In this document: piece by piece, positions 24,284-35,924 of the stretch
How the letters are laid out: each line of letters opens with the position of its first letter
How positions within the stretch are numbered: position 1 is the stretch's first letter
Notes under the pieces: model-generated
Database searches by the model: none
Told to the model about the DNA's origin: nothing
Seen by the model: only the letters and a program-made list of their open reading frames with translations
Assembly (NCBI RefSeq): GCF_901765095.1
Contig: NW_021963017.1
Coordinates: 302,253-366,252, forward strand
DNA from: Microcaecilia unicolor
Taxonomy: Eukaryota
Length of the DNA stretch: 64,000 nucleotides
Direction of reading: 5' to 3'
Program-made: the position numbers and the translations under genes

Positions 24284-24535
24284 ATTAAATGTTAATAATG
24301 TTAAAAAATAAATGCATTAATAGTGTGAACCAATGAAGAAAAGTGTGCAGAACCCATTGCCATTCAGTAAAATTGGTAATGTGCAAAGCTGAGGTCACCA
24401 AGAGAAATATATTGGTTAATGATTGTTTGAACTGACACTGACAGAAGATAGTGGGAGCCGATTTATAATATAAGTGGTTACCTTTATTATATGCAGGTAC
24501 TTTCTCTGTCTCTACTGGGCTGACAATCTTAGTTT

Positions 24536-24658
24536 GTGTACCTGGGGCAAGGGAAGGTTAAGTGACTTATCCAGGATCACAAGGAGCTGCAGTAGGAATT
24601 GAACCCATTTCTCCAGGTTCTCAGCTCACTGCTCTAACCATTAGGCCAGTCCTCCACT
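24536..24658 (-). mobile_element. tRNA-derived SINE on the minus strand
   Basis: The reverse complement reads agtggaggactggcctaatggttagagcagtgag...gggttcaattcctactgcagctccttgtgatcc...gtcacttaacc. Confidence 0.5.
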
Positions 24659-25926
24659 CTGTTTACAAGCTGTTAAATAAACCAGAGGGGGATAAATGTT
24701 GAGAGTCAGAATAGAAGAGAAAGAAGAAACAATTTAGGAGAGTGAGACAGTTTTGGTGGGCAACAGGAAGAAGGCTGAGAGACACCCAGATAAGAGGAGA
24801 GATAAAAATGGGTATGGGAAGAGACTGCTTTTGGAGAAGTGAAGGGTGAAAGGGAAAAATATTAGTGAGGATTTGGTGAGACAGAGCATGAGAAAGAAGC
24901 GAGATGTTTTTGCAGATCAGGAATTAATGGGAAGAGAAACATATTATGTTGTGAAGTGAAGGAGGAGAAACAGGCAGGAGAAAGTCAATTGTAAAAGACT
25001 GGGAGAGAGAATAGGAGACAAGTTGATGAAGAAGGGAAATGGTGGAAAAAAAGAGACTGAGGAGTAAAGTAACTAAGAACAAGAAATTGAAGAGAAAAAC
25101 TTATCCAGTGGAAAAGAAGGCTACTCGGGAAAGAGACGATAAAAGCATATGAGACCTTGTGAGATACTCTTATACTGATTGATAGAAAGACTAGCTGAAG
25201 AGTGACAGACAAGGGACATACAATATTTGAGCCTACACAAAGAAATATAGGGACTGAGATTCAAAGTGTTAAACAAAACCAGAGAGGCTCCTGCCCAGTT
25301 AAACCATTCTGAATGGGCTGGGAGGGGATATTCAGCAGCACTTAACTGGACAGTGCTGCTGAATATCAACTCCTCTGACTGTCTAGTTAGTGCCAAGCGA
25401 GGTCTGAGGTCAGAGCTGGGATTTAATTGCTAACCAGGTAAGTAAGCAGCTAAAATTAGGGCAGCAAAAAACTATTTAACTTGCCTTCTCAGCCATCCAG
25501 ATGCTGATGCTTGGGTTATACATGCCTACTAAAAGATGGAGACAGAAACAAACATGGGCGCTAGAGGCCAGTAGTGCCATACTAGTGCCTGTGTTTGTGC
25601 CTGCCCGATGATCAGAGCCGGTGAGCATGTGTAATAATGCGATTGCCAGCTCTGAACGCTAATTGCATGCAAATGCATGTAAACAAGAGTCTCCCGCATT
25701 CATTCATCCCTCCTGATCAGCGGGCAACGTGCCAAACAAGGGCACTGCTACCGCTGCAAACCTTATGCCAGCTAGGACCTGGCGTTAAGGTTTGCTAGCG
25801 AGGGAGACCCACTGAAGAGGTTTGACAGGTCTGGGATTTTCTCCTGGACCTGTTAAACCTAAGCCTGCCCCCCCCCCTCCCAAACACAATATCTGGAGGG
25901 CCGGTTGACCTCCAGGTCCCCCACCC

Positions 25927-26096
25927 CCAAAGCACAAAAAAACCCTGGTGGTCCAGTGGGACCACTAGCTTCCCCCCACCCCACCGCAGAACAAAAACAC
26001 CCTGGTGGTCCAGTGGGACTGATAGCTTCCCCCCTCCCTCCCCCCCACCAAACAAAAATGCCCTGGTGGTCCAGTGGGACCGCTATCTATCAGCCC
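25927..26096. repeat. Minisatellite of three units of about 60 bp
   Basis: The unit caaa.caaaaa.accctggtggtccagtgggac..ctagcttcccccc.cccc is repeated three times in tandem. Confidence 0.6.
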
Positions 26097-27825
26097 TCCT
26101 TTACCCCCAGCAGCCTTACCTCATGGTCGTGATAGTGGGAGGAGGGAGGGACTAGCATTCCCTCCCTCCTCTTCAGGGGCTTTCCCAAAATGGCAGCGTC
26201 CCACCCTGCCTGGTGCATCCTGGGGTGTGTCGGGTGGTGCATAACCCAAAGATACCAGTTTGGGCGGGGAGCATGCAGCACGGGTGAAAGATGCATCATA
26301 TCTCTGGGATCCCAGAGGCGCACCAGTTGAAAAATGCTGATTTAGCAGTTTGTGGAACTGCTTAAGGTTCTGTTTTGTCTTTATTTTTCAAGAGCATTCT
26401 AACTGTTGGACTCGTGTGGCAGGTGTTAAACCAAAACACGGCCCTTGTCAGGTCTTTAAGAATAAAGGACTCTGATTTGTCACAGTCTTGAAGGCCCAGC
26501 TGTGCTTTTTTTCTTTTGTTGCCTGTGTTTGTGTACTTTTGAACCCTCTCTTTTGTCACCGAGTTTCTATACTATTGTAACTCTGTCTTGGCATTCCTTA
26601 GCAGCTTATATTGAGACTATGGTTGATTCAACATACTGCTGCTTATATTGGTCATTTAGGAAGATTTGATAATGTGTCTCTTATATAGTGTGAATTTCAC
26701 TGCCCTTCAATTTAAATTGTTAACTCTGGTTTTGACACTTAGGCAGGGTCAGTGTCTTGAGTGTGATAAAATCATTAGCTGTTCCTTATATTTCTTATAC
26801 ACTGAACATGCGGAACTGTTGATCCATCATCTGTTCGTGATTTGCGGTTGGATGGCTATCATAAGAGAACATTTTCTGTATTGCCTGCTATTTTTATGTA
26901 GTGAGCTTCCATTGTCTATGCTGTTGGAGAGGAACAATCTTAGTTTTAGGAAATTGTTGAAAGCTTATTTTTTGAGTTGCTTTTCACTGGATAAATGCAT
27001 AATGTATTTTATTTATTTGATGTGGCCATTCATTTTTGGATTGTTGTATGGTTTATGGCATGTGTATATGATTGTTGGTTGGGGGAATTGTGTAGATAGA
27101 GAGAATGAGTATTATTGTAATGATTATTTATCTCTACTGTGATTTTTATTTGATATAATCAACAGTATGAAAGCTTGTTTAAATAAATAAATGAAATGAT
27201 ATAATGTTAATGTGAATTACCCACATATCATTTACCCTCTTATACTTGGGGCCTACTATTAAGCACCAAGTGCGCACCTGGTTTATCAAAGACTAGCACT
27301 AATGCATGTCAGAGGCACCACTAATTGGCATTTATGTGATGTATTCCCGCTTATGTGGAAACAGGAAGTTGCATCAGAAGGAAGGCTGTGGGGCCAACAT
27401 GAGCAGTGTATTAGTTGCTGCTCGCTGCAGGTGAAAATCTGCTATTTAAAAGGTATGCGGGGGAGGGGGCATGTTTGAGAGACCGTATGGTATGCAGGTG
27501 AGAGATGGAGAGACCAAATCACTTGTGGGACAGGGCGGAGTTCTTCTGCCCACCCATCTTGGGCCCAAACTCACCCAAAATTGGATGTCTGGCTACGCCC
27601 ATGGCGTTTTTGTATAGCCCTGTTTGATTTATGGGCACTTCATATTATCTGCTCATAAGACCGTGATTACTCTTTACTGATACCCTTCCATTCACATATA
27701 ATTTAGCTTTTCGCTCTTTCCTGTGTGTTATTTTGGGCGGATTTTGTGCAGATAGTATACATGGAAAATGTTTGACAGATATCCAAATTATAATCATTTG
27801 TAAATTAATGTTAAAATTTGATCAG

Positions 27826-27925
27826 TCCCACAGCAAATCGGCATATGCTCAGATCTTTGGCGCAGTATGGAGCTGGAGCATTTGAATATTTTGAAACAAA
27901 ATCTAAGTATAACTGGAAGGATAAA
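27826..27925 (+). CDS. PARP4: PARP4 exon
   Basis: It translates to (G)PTANRHMLRSLAQYGAGAFEYFETKSKYNWKDK, matching the human STANRHVLRILSQCGAGVFEYFNAKSKHSWRKQ. The donor is aaa|gtaagt. Confidence 0.8.
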
Positions 27926-28342
27926 GTAAGTGAGATATATTACTTTTGCTTTTTCTATAGCATTGATATCCTTAACCACAACTTGCATGATTTCTTAGGG
28001 GATAATTTTATAAGGCATTTTCCACTTCAAAAGTGTGTGTAAAATGTAGAAAATGACTCTCGTGAAATTGTGTGGGTACCTATGCGTTTACAAGTGTGCA
28101 AGCCAATAAGAGCAGACATACTTTTATGCAATTTGCGCATAGATGTTCACAGAGGTAGCGCTGTGGAACTGGGAGTTAAGAGGTATGTGCAGCTGAATAA
28201 GTGGTGCAGTGGTTAGAACACAGAATTTATAAGATACGTGTGTAACCGCAGAGAGTACAAGCACATAGTTGCACCTCAGAGCAAGTATTACTTTGTGCCT
28301 GAGTATTTGTGTACTCTTGGGAATGAATCCAGGAGCTTATTT

Positions 28343-28979
28343 CAGTGGCGTAGCTACGGGTGAGCCTGGGTGGGCACAGGCCTAGCCATTCTTGCCTCAG
28401 GCCCATCGTTTAGTGGCCCATATGGCCCCCAAAGCACCTCAGTGGTGGCATCTCACGCTCCTCTCTCCCTCTTCTCCGTTCATAGCACGGTATCCCTCTC
28501 TGAAACCCCCATCCCCACCCCACCATCCCTCCAGGCCTATCTCAGAGCCGTCACTGGTGGCGATTCCTATAGGCAGCCTGCGTTGGCCCTGCAGGCTTCC
28601 CTCTACCGTGTCCCACCCTCGACGATGTCACTTCCTGTTTTTTTCACTGGCGGGGACACGGTAGAGGGAAGTCTGCAAGGCTAGCGCAGGTTGCCAGTAG
28701 GAATCGCCGCTGGTGACAGCTCTGAGATAGACCCCCGTGGGAGGATTCAGAGAGAGATGGCGGGGAGGGGGGAAGGAGCAGATGCTGGATCTGGGACAGC
28801 GGAGAGGGAGAAAGATGAAGATATGTGAGTAGGGGCAGAGAGGATGGAAGGAAAGACAGAGGGAGAGATGGATGCAAGGGCAGAGGGGAAGGGTATGTAT
28901 GTATAGGGGTGTGGGCGGGAAGGGCCCACCCAGGTTAACTCTGGGCCCACCCAAAATGAGAGGTCTGGCTACGCCCGTG
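28343..28979. mobile_element. hAT-like MITE of about 637 bp with an 8-bp TSD, gcttattt
   Basis: The TIRs are cagtggcgtagc...gctacgcccgtg. The TSD gcttattt lies at 28335-28342 and 28980-28987. It is related to the MITE at 13885. An end fragment of the same family is at about 27490-27606. Confidence 0.55.
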
Positions 28980-29990
28980 GCTTATTTTATAAAGACATAT
29001 CCATGTGTATTTTGGGGCTCTTTTACTAAAGTGAAGTAAGTTTTTTTTTTTTTTTTTTTTGAGGAGGGGGTTTGCACTTACCACACATTAACAGCCAAAT
29101 TTAGTGCATGATAAGTGCACAGGCTTTGTCTGTGCAATAACTGTTGGGGCGTATCCAACATGCCTTCTGCAGTTTCTGCGTAGACACATTTTCTACTAAG
29201 CCTTAACATCAAGTGTGATCAGCAAAGATGCACCTAATGCCACCTCTTGCGGAGACATTAAGTTCACCAGTGCTAACTGCACATTTGACAGCTTTGCTAC
29301 TCACTATGCGCATGCACTCCTACCAGCAGAGGGAGACTGAGAACACTAAACGTCTTATACAAGTAGCCTGTGTAGACCTTCTATTAACCAGTATTTTCTC
29401 AGTCTCAGGAAAGGGTAGATGTGTGCAGCCTGTGCAGTGTACTCAGTCTGGTAGGCCCGTTTGGGGTTTCTAGGTTGGGTTGTAAATGTTAGAGAACCCA
29501 CACTTGGATCTCTATTACAGGGTGTAAGTCCTAAGGGGCTTCTTATTCCCTGTGGGGTGTCACACCCGGGTGGCCGGGTCCCTCCCCCTGTGCTCTTCCT
29601 CTGGAGGACTGCTTGACCTCGGCTACAGACCTCGTTCTGTACCCTTAAGACATTTAGGCATCAGCAACGAGGTTTAAAAAAAAAAAAAAAAATAAACGTT
29701 TTTAAAAGGCGGCTATTTTGGCCGTTCTTGTGGCAGTCCAGAGATAAAACGTCTTCAAGGGCGTTCTTGCCTTAGGCGGTTTTGCCTATTAGTCTGTCAG
29801 AGCACAAAGCAACTGTTTGGTTTTATTGTGTTCGCGGCCATTATGTCTAAGCCGGCGAGGTGTCGGTTTTGCGCGAAGCGCAGCGTTGAAGTGAAAGGTG
29901 ATCTTATATTTAATGTTAATTTCCAATCAAATTACTTAAAAAAGGAGAAAAAAGACTCGTATGTCCCAGCTTGGCAGCATGTAATACATT

Positions 29991-30172
29991 CTTCTCCGAG
30001 GACAAGCAGGCTGCTTGTTCTCACTGATGGGTGACGTCCACGGCAGCCCCTCCAATTGGAAACTTCACTAGCAAAGGCCTTTGCTAGTCCTTGCGCGCCC
30101 ATGCGTACCGCGCATGCGCGGCCGTCTTCCCGCCCGAACCGGCTCGTGTTCGTCAGTCTTCTTTTGTCCGCG
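29991..30172 (+). repeat. Left inverted terminal repeat of the main DIRS copy
   Basis: It reads ttctccgaggacaagcaggctgcttgttctcactgatgggtgacgtccacggcagcccctccaattggaaacttcactagcaaaggcctttgctagtcc.... Its reverse complement is found at 35925-36131. Confidence 0.7.
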
Positions 30173-30569
30173 CTCGGGACGGTCGTGTTTTGCGCCGTTT
30201 CGTGCCCCTCAAAGTTGACCTTCGCGTGTCTTCGCGATTTCGTTTAAAAAAAAAAAAAAAAAAAAGAGAAGACCTCGGTCTTGTCCCTTCCCGTGTGTCC
30301 AGTTTGTTTCCCCGACCTAAGTTTCCTTTCGCTTTCGGGGTAGGCCTTTTTTGGAGCCTCAGTACGGGTTTTTTCTCTCCCTATTTTTGGTGCCCTTAGT
30401 CGCCATTACGAATTTTGATTTCGCCGGCGTGATTTTTCCGCCCATGTCCGAAGTCTCCCAGCGGCTTCAAGAAGTGCACCCAGTGCGCCCGGGTAATCTC
30501 GCTCACTGATAGGCACGCGTCGTGTCTTCAGTGTCTGGGGGCTGGGCACCGCCCGCAGGCCTGTAGTCT

Positions 30570-32678
30570 TTGCGCTCTTTTACAGAAGAGGACTCAGGTT
30601 GCGAGATTGGCCCAGTGGAACGTGTTGTTCTCGGGCTCTTCGTCGACAACAGCACCGGAGTCATCGAGTGCATCGATGTCGGCAGCATCAAGACCTTCGA
30701 CCTCGGCATCGACTGCATCAAGGTATCGACCCTCTGCATCGTCGGTACCGAAATGTCGGTGTCGGTGGTACCGGGACCTCCACTGTTGCTGATGTCGTCG
30801 GACGGTGGTGCTTCGACTGGAGTGCAGGTGAGGGCTGTCCATTCCCCTGCTGGTGGCGGTGAGCCTTCGGGTGGGTCTCCCCCTACCCTGAGGGCTCCTG
30901 CGGTACAGCCCCCCCCCCGAGACCGACCTTCTTCAGCCTCGGCCCCGAGGAAGAGACGGCTGGATTCTACGTCCTCCTCGTCGGTACCGAGAAGCTCCAG
31001 TGACATGCTTCGTTTGAAAAAATCAAAGAAGCATCGACACCGGTCTCCTTCCCGCATCGGTACCGAGAGCTCTGGGTCGCCGAGGGAGTCGGCACCCAGT
31101 AGGCATCGGCACCGGGAGGACCGCTCACCCTCTGTTCAGGAGGTGTCGATGCACTCCACCTTGGACAGCCCGGAACAGCCTCCACGCCCGGAACAGACTC
31201 TGACCTCGACGCCTGCATCGGCTTCCATGTCTTTCTCCACAGCCGCTCTGTACGAGAGTCTCCGGGCCGTTCTCCCGGAGATCCTGGGAGAGCTGTTGCG
31301 CCCTTCCCCTCCGGTACCGGGGGTGCTTGCGCCTCCGGTACCGTTGAGTGAGGCGCCAGCTGGCCCCTTGCCCGGGGTGAGGTCTCCGACATCAGTGCCG
31401 CTTGCGGTACCGACTGCGGCCGCCTCCCAGGAAGGCTCCCCGACGACGTCGGCGGAGGGAGCTTCGCCGGTGCTGGCGAGGGAGTCTACCTCTCGACGCT
31501 CCCACCGTGGCCGTGTTTCCACGGAGTCGAGTCGGGCACGGCTTCAGACACAGGTTCATGAACTTGTGTCTGATACCGATGGTGAGGCCTCGTGGGAGGA
31601 GGAGGAGGACATCAGATATTTCTCTGACGAGGAGTCTGATGGCCTTCCTTCTGATCCCACTCCCTCCCCTGAAAGGCACCTTTCTCCTCCCGAGAGTCTG
31701 TCTTTTGCGGCCTTTGTCCGGGAGATGTCTACGAACATCCCCTTCCTGGTGATTGTGGAGGATGAGCCCAGTGCTGAAATGTTTGAGCTCTTGGACTATC
31801 CTTCTCCACCTAAGGAAGCGTCCACAGTACCCATGCATCATGTCCTAAAAAAGACATTGCTGGCGAACTGGACCAAGCCTTTAACTAATCCCCACATTCC
31901 CAAGAAGATCGAGTCCCAGTACCGGATCCATGGGGACCCAGAGCTGATGCGCACTCAGTTGCCTCACGACTCTGGTGTGGTGGATCTGGCCCTAAAGAAG
32001 GCTAAGAGTTCTAGGGAGCATGCTTCGGCGCCCCCGGGCAAGGACTCTAGAACCTTAGACTCCTTTGGGAGGAAGGCCTACCATTCTTCTATGCTCGTGG
32101 CCAAAATTCAGTCTTACCAGTTCTACACGAGCATCCATATGCGGAACAATGTGCGACAGTTGGCGGGCTTGGTGGACAAGCTCCCTCCTGAGCAAGCCAA
32201 GCCATTTCAGGAGGTGGTCAGGCAGCTGAAGGCGTGCAGAAAATTCCTGGCCAGAGGGGTATATGATACCTTTGATGTTGCGTCCAGGGCCGCTGCTCAA
32301 GGTGTGGTGATGTGCAGACTCTCATGGCTGCGTGCCTCCGACCTGGAGAATAGGATCCAGCAGCGGATTGCGGACTCCCCTTGCCGAGCGGACAACATTT
32401 TTGGAGAGAAAGTCGAACAGGTGGTAGAGCAGCTCCACCAGCGGGATACCGCTTTCGACAAATTCTCCCGCCGGCAGCCTTCAGCATCTACCTCTTCAGG
32501 TAGACGTTTTTATGGGGGAAGGAAGACTGTTCCCTACTCTTCTGGTAAGCGTAGGTACAATCCTCCTTCTCGACAGCCTGCGGCCCAGTCTAAGCCCCAG
32601 CGCGCTCGCTCTCGTCAGCAGCATGCGCCTCAGCAAGGCCCCGCGGCTCCCCAGCAAAAGCAGGGGACGAGCTTTTGA
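30570..32678 (+). CDS. Gag-like ORF1 of the main DIRS copy (702 aa, Ser/Pro/Arg-rich)
   Basis: It is the longest ORF upstream of pol. Its C-terminal part is more than 90 percent identical to the Gag fragment of copy C (61841-62428). It ends at TGA 32676-32678. The first ATG is not certainly the true start. Confidence 0.55.
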   Translation: MRSFTEEDSGCEIGPVERVVLGLFVDNSTGVIECIDVGSIKTFDLGIDCIKVSTLCIVGTEMSVSVVPGPPLLLMSSDGGASTGVQVRAVHSPAGGGEPSGGSPPTLRAPAVQPPPRDRPSSASAPRKRRLDSTSSSSVPRSSSDMLRLKKSKKHRHRSPSRIGTESSGSPRESAPSRHRHREDRSPSVQEVSMHSTLDSPEQPPRPEQTLTSTPASASMSFSTAALYESLRAVLPEILGELLRPSPPVPGVLAPPVPLSEAPAGPLPGVRSPTSVPLAVPTAAASQEGSPTTSAEGASPVLARESTSRRSHRGRVSTESSRARLQTQVHELVSDTDGEASWEEEEDIRYFSDEESDGLPSDPTPSPERHLSPPESLSFAAFVREMSTNIPFLVIVEDEPSAEMFELLDYPSPPKEASTVPMHHVLKKTLLANWTKPLTNPHIPKKIESQYRIHGDPELMRTQLPHDSGVVDLALKKAKSSREHASAPPGKDSRTLDSFGRKAYHSSMLVAKIQSYQFYTSIHMRNNVRQLAGLVDKLPPEQAKPFQEVVRQLKACRKFLARGVYDTFDVASRAAAQGVVMCRLSWLRASDLENRIQQRIADSPCRADNIFGEKVEQVVEQLHQRDTAFDKFSRRQPSASTSSGRRFYGGRKTVPYSSGKRRYNPPSRQPAAQSKPQRARSRQQHAPQQGPAAPQQKQGTSF

Positions 32679-34600
32679 CTGGCTCCACAGAGCATAGCCG
32701 ACATCAACGTATCAGTGCCGGGCGATCTGCCGGTCGGGGGGAGGTTGAAAGTTTTTCACCAAAGGTGGCCTCTCATAACCTCCGACCGTTGGGTTCTTCA
32801 AATAGTCCGGCAAGGATACACCCTCAATTTGGCCTCGAAACCTCCAAATTGCCCACCGTGAGCTCAATCCTACAGCTTCCAGCACAAGCAGGTACTTGCA
32901 GAGGAACTCTCCGCCCTTCTCAGCGCCAATGCGGTCGAGCCTGTGCCATCTGGGCAAGAAGGGCTGGGATTCTATTCCAGGTACTTCCTTGTGGAAAAGA
33001 AAACGGGGGGATGCGTCCCATCCTAGACCTAAGGGCCCTGAACAAATATCTGGTCAAGGAAAAGTTCAGGATGCTTTCCCTGGGCACCCTTCTTCCCATG
33101 ATTCAGGAAAACGACTGGCTATGCTCTCTGGACTTGAAGGACGCCTACACGCACATCCCAATACTGCTAGCTCACAGGCAGTATCTGCAATTTCAGCTGG
33201 GCACACGTCACTTCCAGTACTGTGTGCTACCCTTTGGGCTCGCCTCTGCGCCCAGAGTGTTCACGAAGTGCCTGGCTGTAGTAGCAGCGGCGCTTCGCAG
33301 GCTGGGAGTACACGTGTTCCCCTATCTCGACGATTGGCTGGTGAAGAACACATCCGAGGCAGGAGCTCTACAGTCCATGCAGATGACTATTCGCCTCCTG
33401 GAGCTACTGGGGTTTGTGATAAATTATCCAAAGTCCCATATTCTCCCAGTACAGAGACTGGAATTCATAGGAGCTCTGCTGGATTCTCGGATGGCTCGTG
33501 CCTGTCTCCCAGAGGCGAGAGCCAACAACTTGTTGTCCCTCGTCTCTCGGGTGCGAGCGTCCCAGCAGATCACAGCTCGGCAGATGTTGAGATTGTTGGG
33601 CCACATGGCCTCCACAGTTCATGTGACTCCCATGGCCCGCCTTCACATGCGATCTGCTCAATGGACCCTAGCTTCCCAGTGGTTTCAGGCTGCTGGGGAT
33701 CTAGAAGACGTGATCCACCTGTCCACGAGTTTTCTCAAATCCCTGTATTGGTGGACGATTTGGTCCAATTTGACTCTGGGACGTCCTTTCCAAATTCTTC
33801 AACCACAAAAAGTGCTGACTACGGATGCGTCTCTCCTGGGGTGGGGAGCTCATGTCGATGGGCTTCACACCCAGGGAAGCTGGTCCCTCCAGGAACGCGA
33901 TCTGCAGATCAATCTCCTGGAGTTACGAGCGGTCTGGAACGCTCTGAAGGCTTTCAGAGATCGGCTGTCCCACCAAATTATCCAAATTCAGACAGACAAC
34001 CAGGTTGCCATGTATTACATCAACAAGCAGGGGGGCACCGGATCTCGCCCCCTGTGTCAGGAAGCCGTCAGCATGTGGCTCTGGGCTCGTCGTCACGGCA
34101 TGGTGCTCCAAGCCACATATCTGGTACGCATAAACAACAGTCTGGCCGACAGGTTGAGCAGGATCATGCAACCTCACGAGTGGTCACTCAACTCCAGAGT
34201 AGTGCGCCAGATCTTCCAGGTGTGGGGCACCCCCTTGGTAGATCTCTCTGCATCTCGAGCCAACCACAAAGTCCCTCAGTTCTGTTCCAGACTTCAGGCC
34301 CACTGCAGACTGGCATCGGATGCCTTCCTCCTGGACTGGGGGGAAGGTCTGCTGTATGCTTATCCTCCCATACCTCTGGTGGGGAAGACTTTGTTGAAAC
34401 TCAAGCAAGACCGGGGCACCATGATTCTGATTGCTCCTTTTTGGCCGCGTCAGATCTGGTTCCCTCTTCTTCTGGAGTTGTCCTCCGAAGAACCGTGGAG
34501 ATTGGAGTGTTTTCCGACCCTCATCACACAGGATGAGGGGGCGCTTCTGCATCCCAACCTCCGGTCCCTGGCTCTCATGGCCTGGATGTTGAGAGCATAG
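32679..34600 (+). pseudogene. Pol of the main DIRS copy, comprising RT, RNase H and a C-terminal domain. It is in frame with Gag beyond the TGA. It carries an internal TGA at 32859 and a -1 frame change at a G6 run (33003-33008).
   Basis: Frame 0 reads SVPGDLPVGGRLKVFHQRWPLITSDRWVLQIVRQGYTLNLASKPPNCPP*...LVEKKTGG. Frame 2 then reads MRPILDLRALNKYL...YLDDWLV...TTDASLLGWGAHV.... Confidence 0.7.
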
Positions 34601-34611
34601 ACTTTGCCTCT

Positions 34612-35614
34612 TTGGGTCTGTCAGAGGGTGTCTCCCGTATCTTGCTTGCTTCCAGGAAAGATTCCACTAAGAGGAGTTGCTTCTTTTTATGGAGGAGGTT
34701 TGCCGTCTGGTGTGACAGCAAGGCCCTAGATCCTCGCTCTTGTCCTACACAGACCCTGCTTGAATACCTTCTGCACTTGTCTGAGTCTGGTCTCAAGACC
34801 AACTCTGTAAGGGTTCACCTTAGTGCAATCAGTGCATACCATTACCGTGTGGAAGGTAAGCCGATCTCAGGACAGCCTTTAGTTGTTCGCTTCATGAGAG
34901 GTTTGCTTTTGTCAAAGCCCCCCGTCAAGCCTCCTACAGTGTCATGGGATCTCAATGTCGTTCTCACCCAGCTGATGAAACCTCCTTTGAGCCACTGAAC
35001 TCCTGCCATCTGAAGTACTTGACCTGGAAGGTCATTTTCTTGGTGGCAGTTACTTCAGCTCGTAGAGTCAGTGAGCTTCAGGCCCTGTAGCCCAGGCCCC
35101 TTACACCAAATTTCATCATAACAGAGTAGTCCTCCGCACTCACCCTAAGTTTTTGCCGAAGGTAGTGTCGGAGTTCCATTTGAACCAGTCAATTGTCTTG
35201 CCAACATTCTTTCCCCGTCCTCATTCCTGCCCTGCTGAACGTCAGCTGCACACATTGGACTGCAAAAGAGCATTGGCCTTCTATCTGGAGCGGACACAGC
35301 CCAACAGACAGTCCGCCCAATTGTTTGTTTCTTTCGATCCCAACAGGAGGGGAGTGGCTGTGGGGAAACGCACCATATCCAATTGGCTAGCAGATTGCAT
35401 TTCCTTCACTTACGCCCAGGCTGGGCTGGCTCACAATGTCAGAGTAATGGCTGCGTCAGTGGCCCACTTGAAGTCAGCCACTATTGAAGAGATCTGCAAA
35501 GCTGCGACGTGGTCATCTGTCCACACATTCACATCTCATTACTGCCTGCAGCAGGATACCCGACGCGACAGTCGGTTCGGGCAGTCAGTGCTTCAGAATC
35601 TGTTCGGGGTTTAG
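34612..35614 (+). pseudogene. Tyrosine recombinase of the main DIRS copy, disrupted by a frameshift near 34985 and a TAG near 35095
   Basis: ORF 34612-34998 and ORF 35153-35614 are collinear with the intact YR of copy A. A shifted frame in between reads FEPLNSCHLKYLTWKVIFLVAVTSARRVSELQAL*. Confidence 0.6.
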
Positions 35615-35774
35615 AATCCAACTCCACCCCCCTAGTCCCATGTTTATTCTGTTCCAGGCTACACTCTCAGTTAGTTGGATAAATTGTTAGGTCAATCTCA
35701 GTTATGTCCTCGCCGTTGCGAGGCCCAATTGACCTTGTTTGTTGTTTTTGAGTGAGCCTGGGGGCTAGGGATAC

Positions 35775-35873
35775 CCCATCAGTGAGAACAAGCAGCCTGC
35801 TTGTCCTCGGAGAAAGCGAATGCTACATACCTGTAGAAGGTATTCTCAGAGGACAGCAGGCTGATTGTTCTTA
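35775..35873 (+). repeat. Internal complementary region (ICR) of the main DIRS copy
   Basis: The sequence ccatcagtgagaacaagcagcctgcttgtcctcggagaa is the reverse complement of the left-ITR start. The sequence agcgaatgctacatacctgtagaaggtattctcagaggacagcaggctgattgttcttac is the reverse complement of the right-ITR end. Confidence 0.75.
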
Positions 35874-35924
35874 CAAACCCGCCCGCCTCCCCTTTGGAGT
35901 TGTGTCTTCCCTTGTCTTTGTCTT

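Larger units (their letters stand above)
22169..24478. repeat. Long foldback (palindromic) element of about 810 bp, with near-perfect arms of about 385 bp, interrupted by a LINE fragment
   Basis: The left arm 22169-22558 is the reverse complement of 22581-22784 plus 24295-24478. The centre is at about 22569. Confidence 0.7.

Noticed and set aside
25927-26096. Regularly spaced direct repeats considered as a CRISPR-like array
   Set aside because: This is a eukaryotic context with only three units. The intervening segments are themselves part of the repeat unit, so it is a minisatellite.
32896-34536. A 546-aa ORF overlapping pol
   Set aside because: It is an alternative frame of the RT and RNase H region. 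It has no conserved motifs and is an artefact of GC-rich coding sequence.
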